Source: Desulfocapsa sulfexigens DSM 10523 (GTDB taxonomy: Bacteria; Desulfobacterota; Desulfobulbia; Desulfobulbales; Desulfocapsaceae). From it: a stretch of DNA of 32,000 bases. Below are positions 31,630 to 32,000 of the stretch, in pieces. The position numbers were made by a program, and so were the translations under genes. The notes below the pieces were generated by a model, which saw nothing but the letters and a program-made list of their open reading frames with translations, did no database searches and was not told the origin of the DNA. Positions within the stretch are counted from its first letter, which is position 1; the number at the start of each line of letters is the position of its first letter. The stretch lies in NCBI RefSeq assembly GCF_000341395.1, contig NC_020304.1, positions 1,890,001 through 1,922,000 of the forward strand, read 5' to 3'.

Positions 31630-31975
31630 CGTGTTCCAAAGAAGAGTTGTCAACAGTTTTGGCTTTTCTTTGCAGGGTTTGCAGGCAACCTTCAGGGAAG
31701 AGGAGGCTTTCAGGGTGGAAATTATTCTGGCAGCCATGCTGATTCCCCTCGGATTGTTTCTTGGTGATAGCGGAACTGAAAGAGCGCTGCTTATTGGTAG
31801 TGTCTTTCTTGTTTTGATTGTTGAAGTCATGAATTCTGCAATTGAAAGCGTGGTGGACAGGTTCGGTGGTGAACAGCATGATCTTTCAGGCCGTGCCAAG
31901 GATCAGGGGTCTGCTGCTGTTTTTCTGTCGCTTATGCTGGTGGTGTTGGTATGGGCACTCCTGCTGCTATTTTAG
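31610..31975 (+). CDS. dgkA: Diacylglycerol kinase (prokaryotic, DgkA family)
   Basis: 121 aa, FGFSLQGLQATFREEEAFRVEI ... VEVMNSAIESVVDRFGGEQHDLSGRAKDQGSAAV; starts inside the DUF3465 gene. Confidence 0.95.
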   Translation: MEKHTSSVFQRRVVNSFGFSLQGLQATFREEEAFRVEIILAAMLIPLGLFLGDSGTERALLIGSVFLVLIVEVMNSAIESVVDRFGGEQHDLSGRAKDQGSAAVFLSLMLVVLVWALLLLF

Positions 31976-32000
31976 TGTATAAGAAAGTTTTTTGTGTCCT

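Overview
This 32 kb window looks like an ordinary, gene-dense bacterial chromosome segment. Gene content is compatible with an anaerobic deltaproteobacterium / Desulfobacterota, possibly Desulfobulbales; that placement is inference. Features recognised, left to right: a small SAP/cysteine-tail protein; a YgaP-like (DUF2892) membrane protein; a D-Ala-D-Ala carboxypeptidase; a membrane-anchored phospholipase-A2-like protein; an ArsR-type regulator with a small membrane protein; acetyl-CoA synthetase; a cNMP/CBS/DUF294 nucleotidyltransferase; a DnaQ-like exonuclease; a DUF4212 + sodium:solute symporter pair; an isochorismatase-like hydrolase; alaS; an F1Fo ATPase gene run (b', b, delta, alpha, gamma, beta, epsilon, without a or c); an NADPH-dependent glutamate synthase small-subunit-like protein; an AMIN/Amidase_3 amidase; an overlapping yfcE-like / HIT / mutS run; lon; a DUF3465 protein; and dgkA. 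I found no CRISPR, transposase, phage, restriction, toxin or convincing tRNA/rRNA signal, and no clear evidence of an undescribed multi-gene system. The most worthwhile second looks are the PLA2-like protein with a (G/C)8 tract next to its putative active site, the His/Ala/Glu-rich extracytoplasmic extension on ATPase subunit b, the ArsR-linked uncharacterised membrane protein, the acetate cluster with an EF-hand-like insert in the symporter, and the tightly overlapping MPE-HIT-mutS run. Several supplied ORF starts appear too long (two begin inside terminator hairpins), and most opposite-strand ORFs over conserved genes appear spurious.
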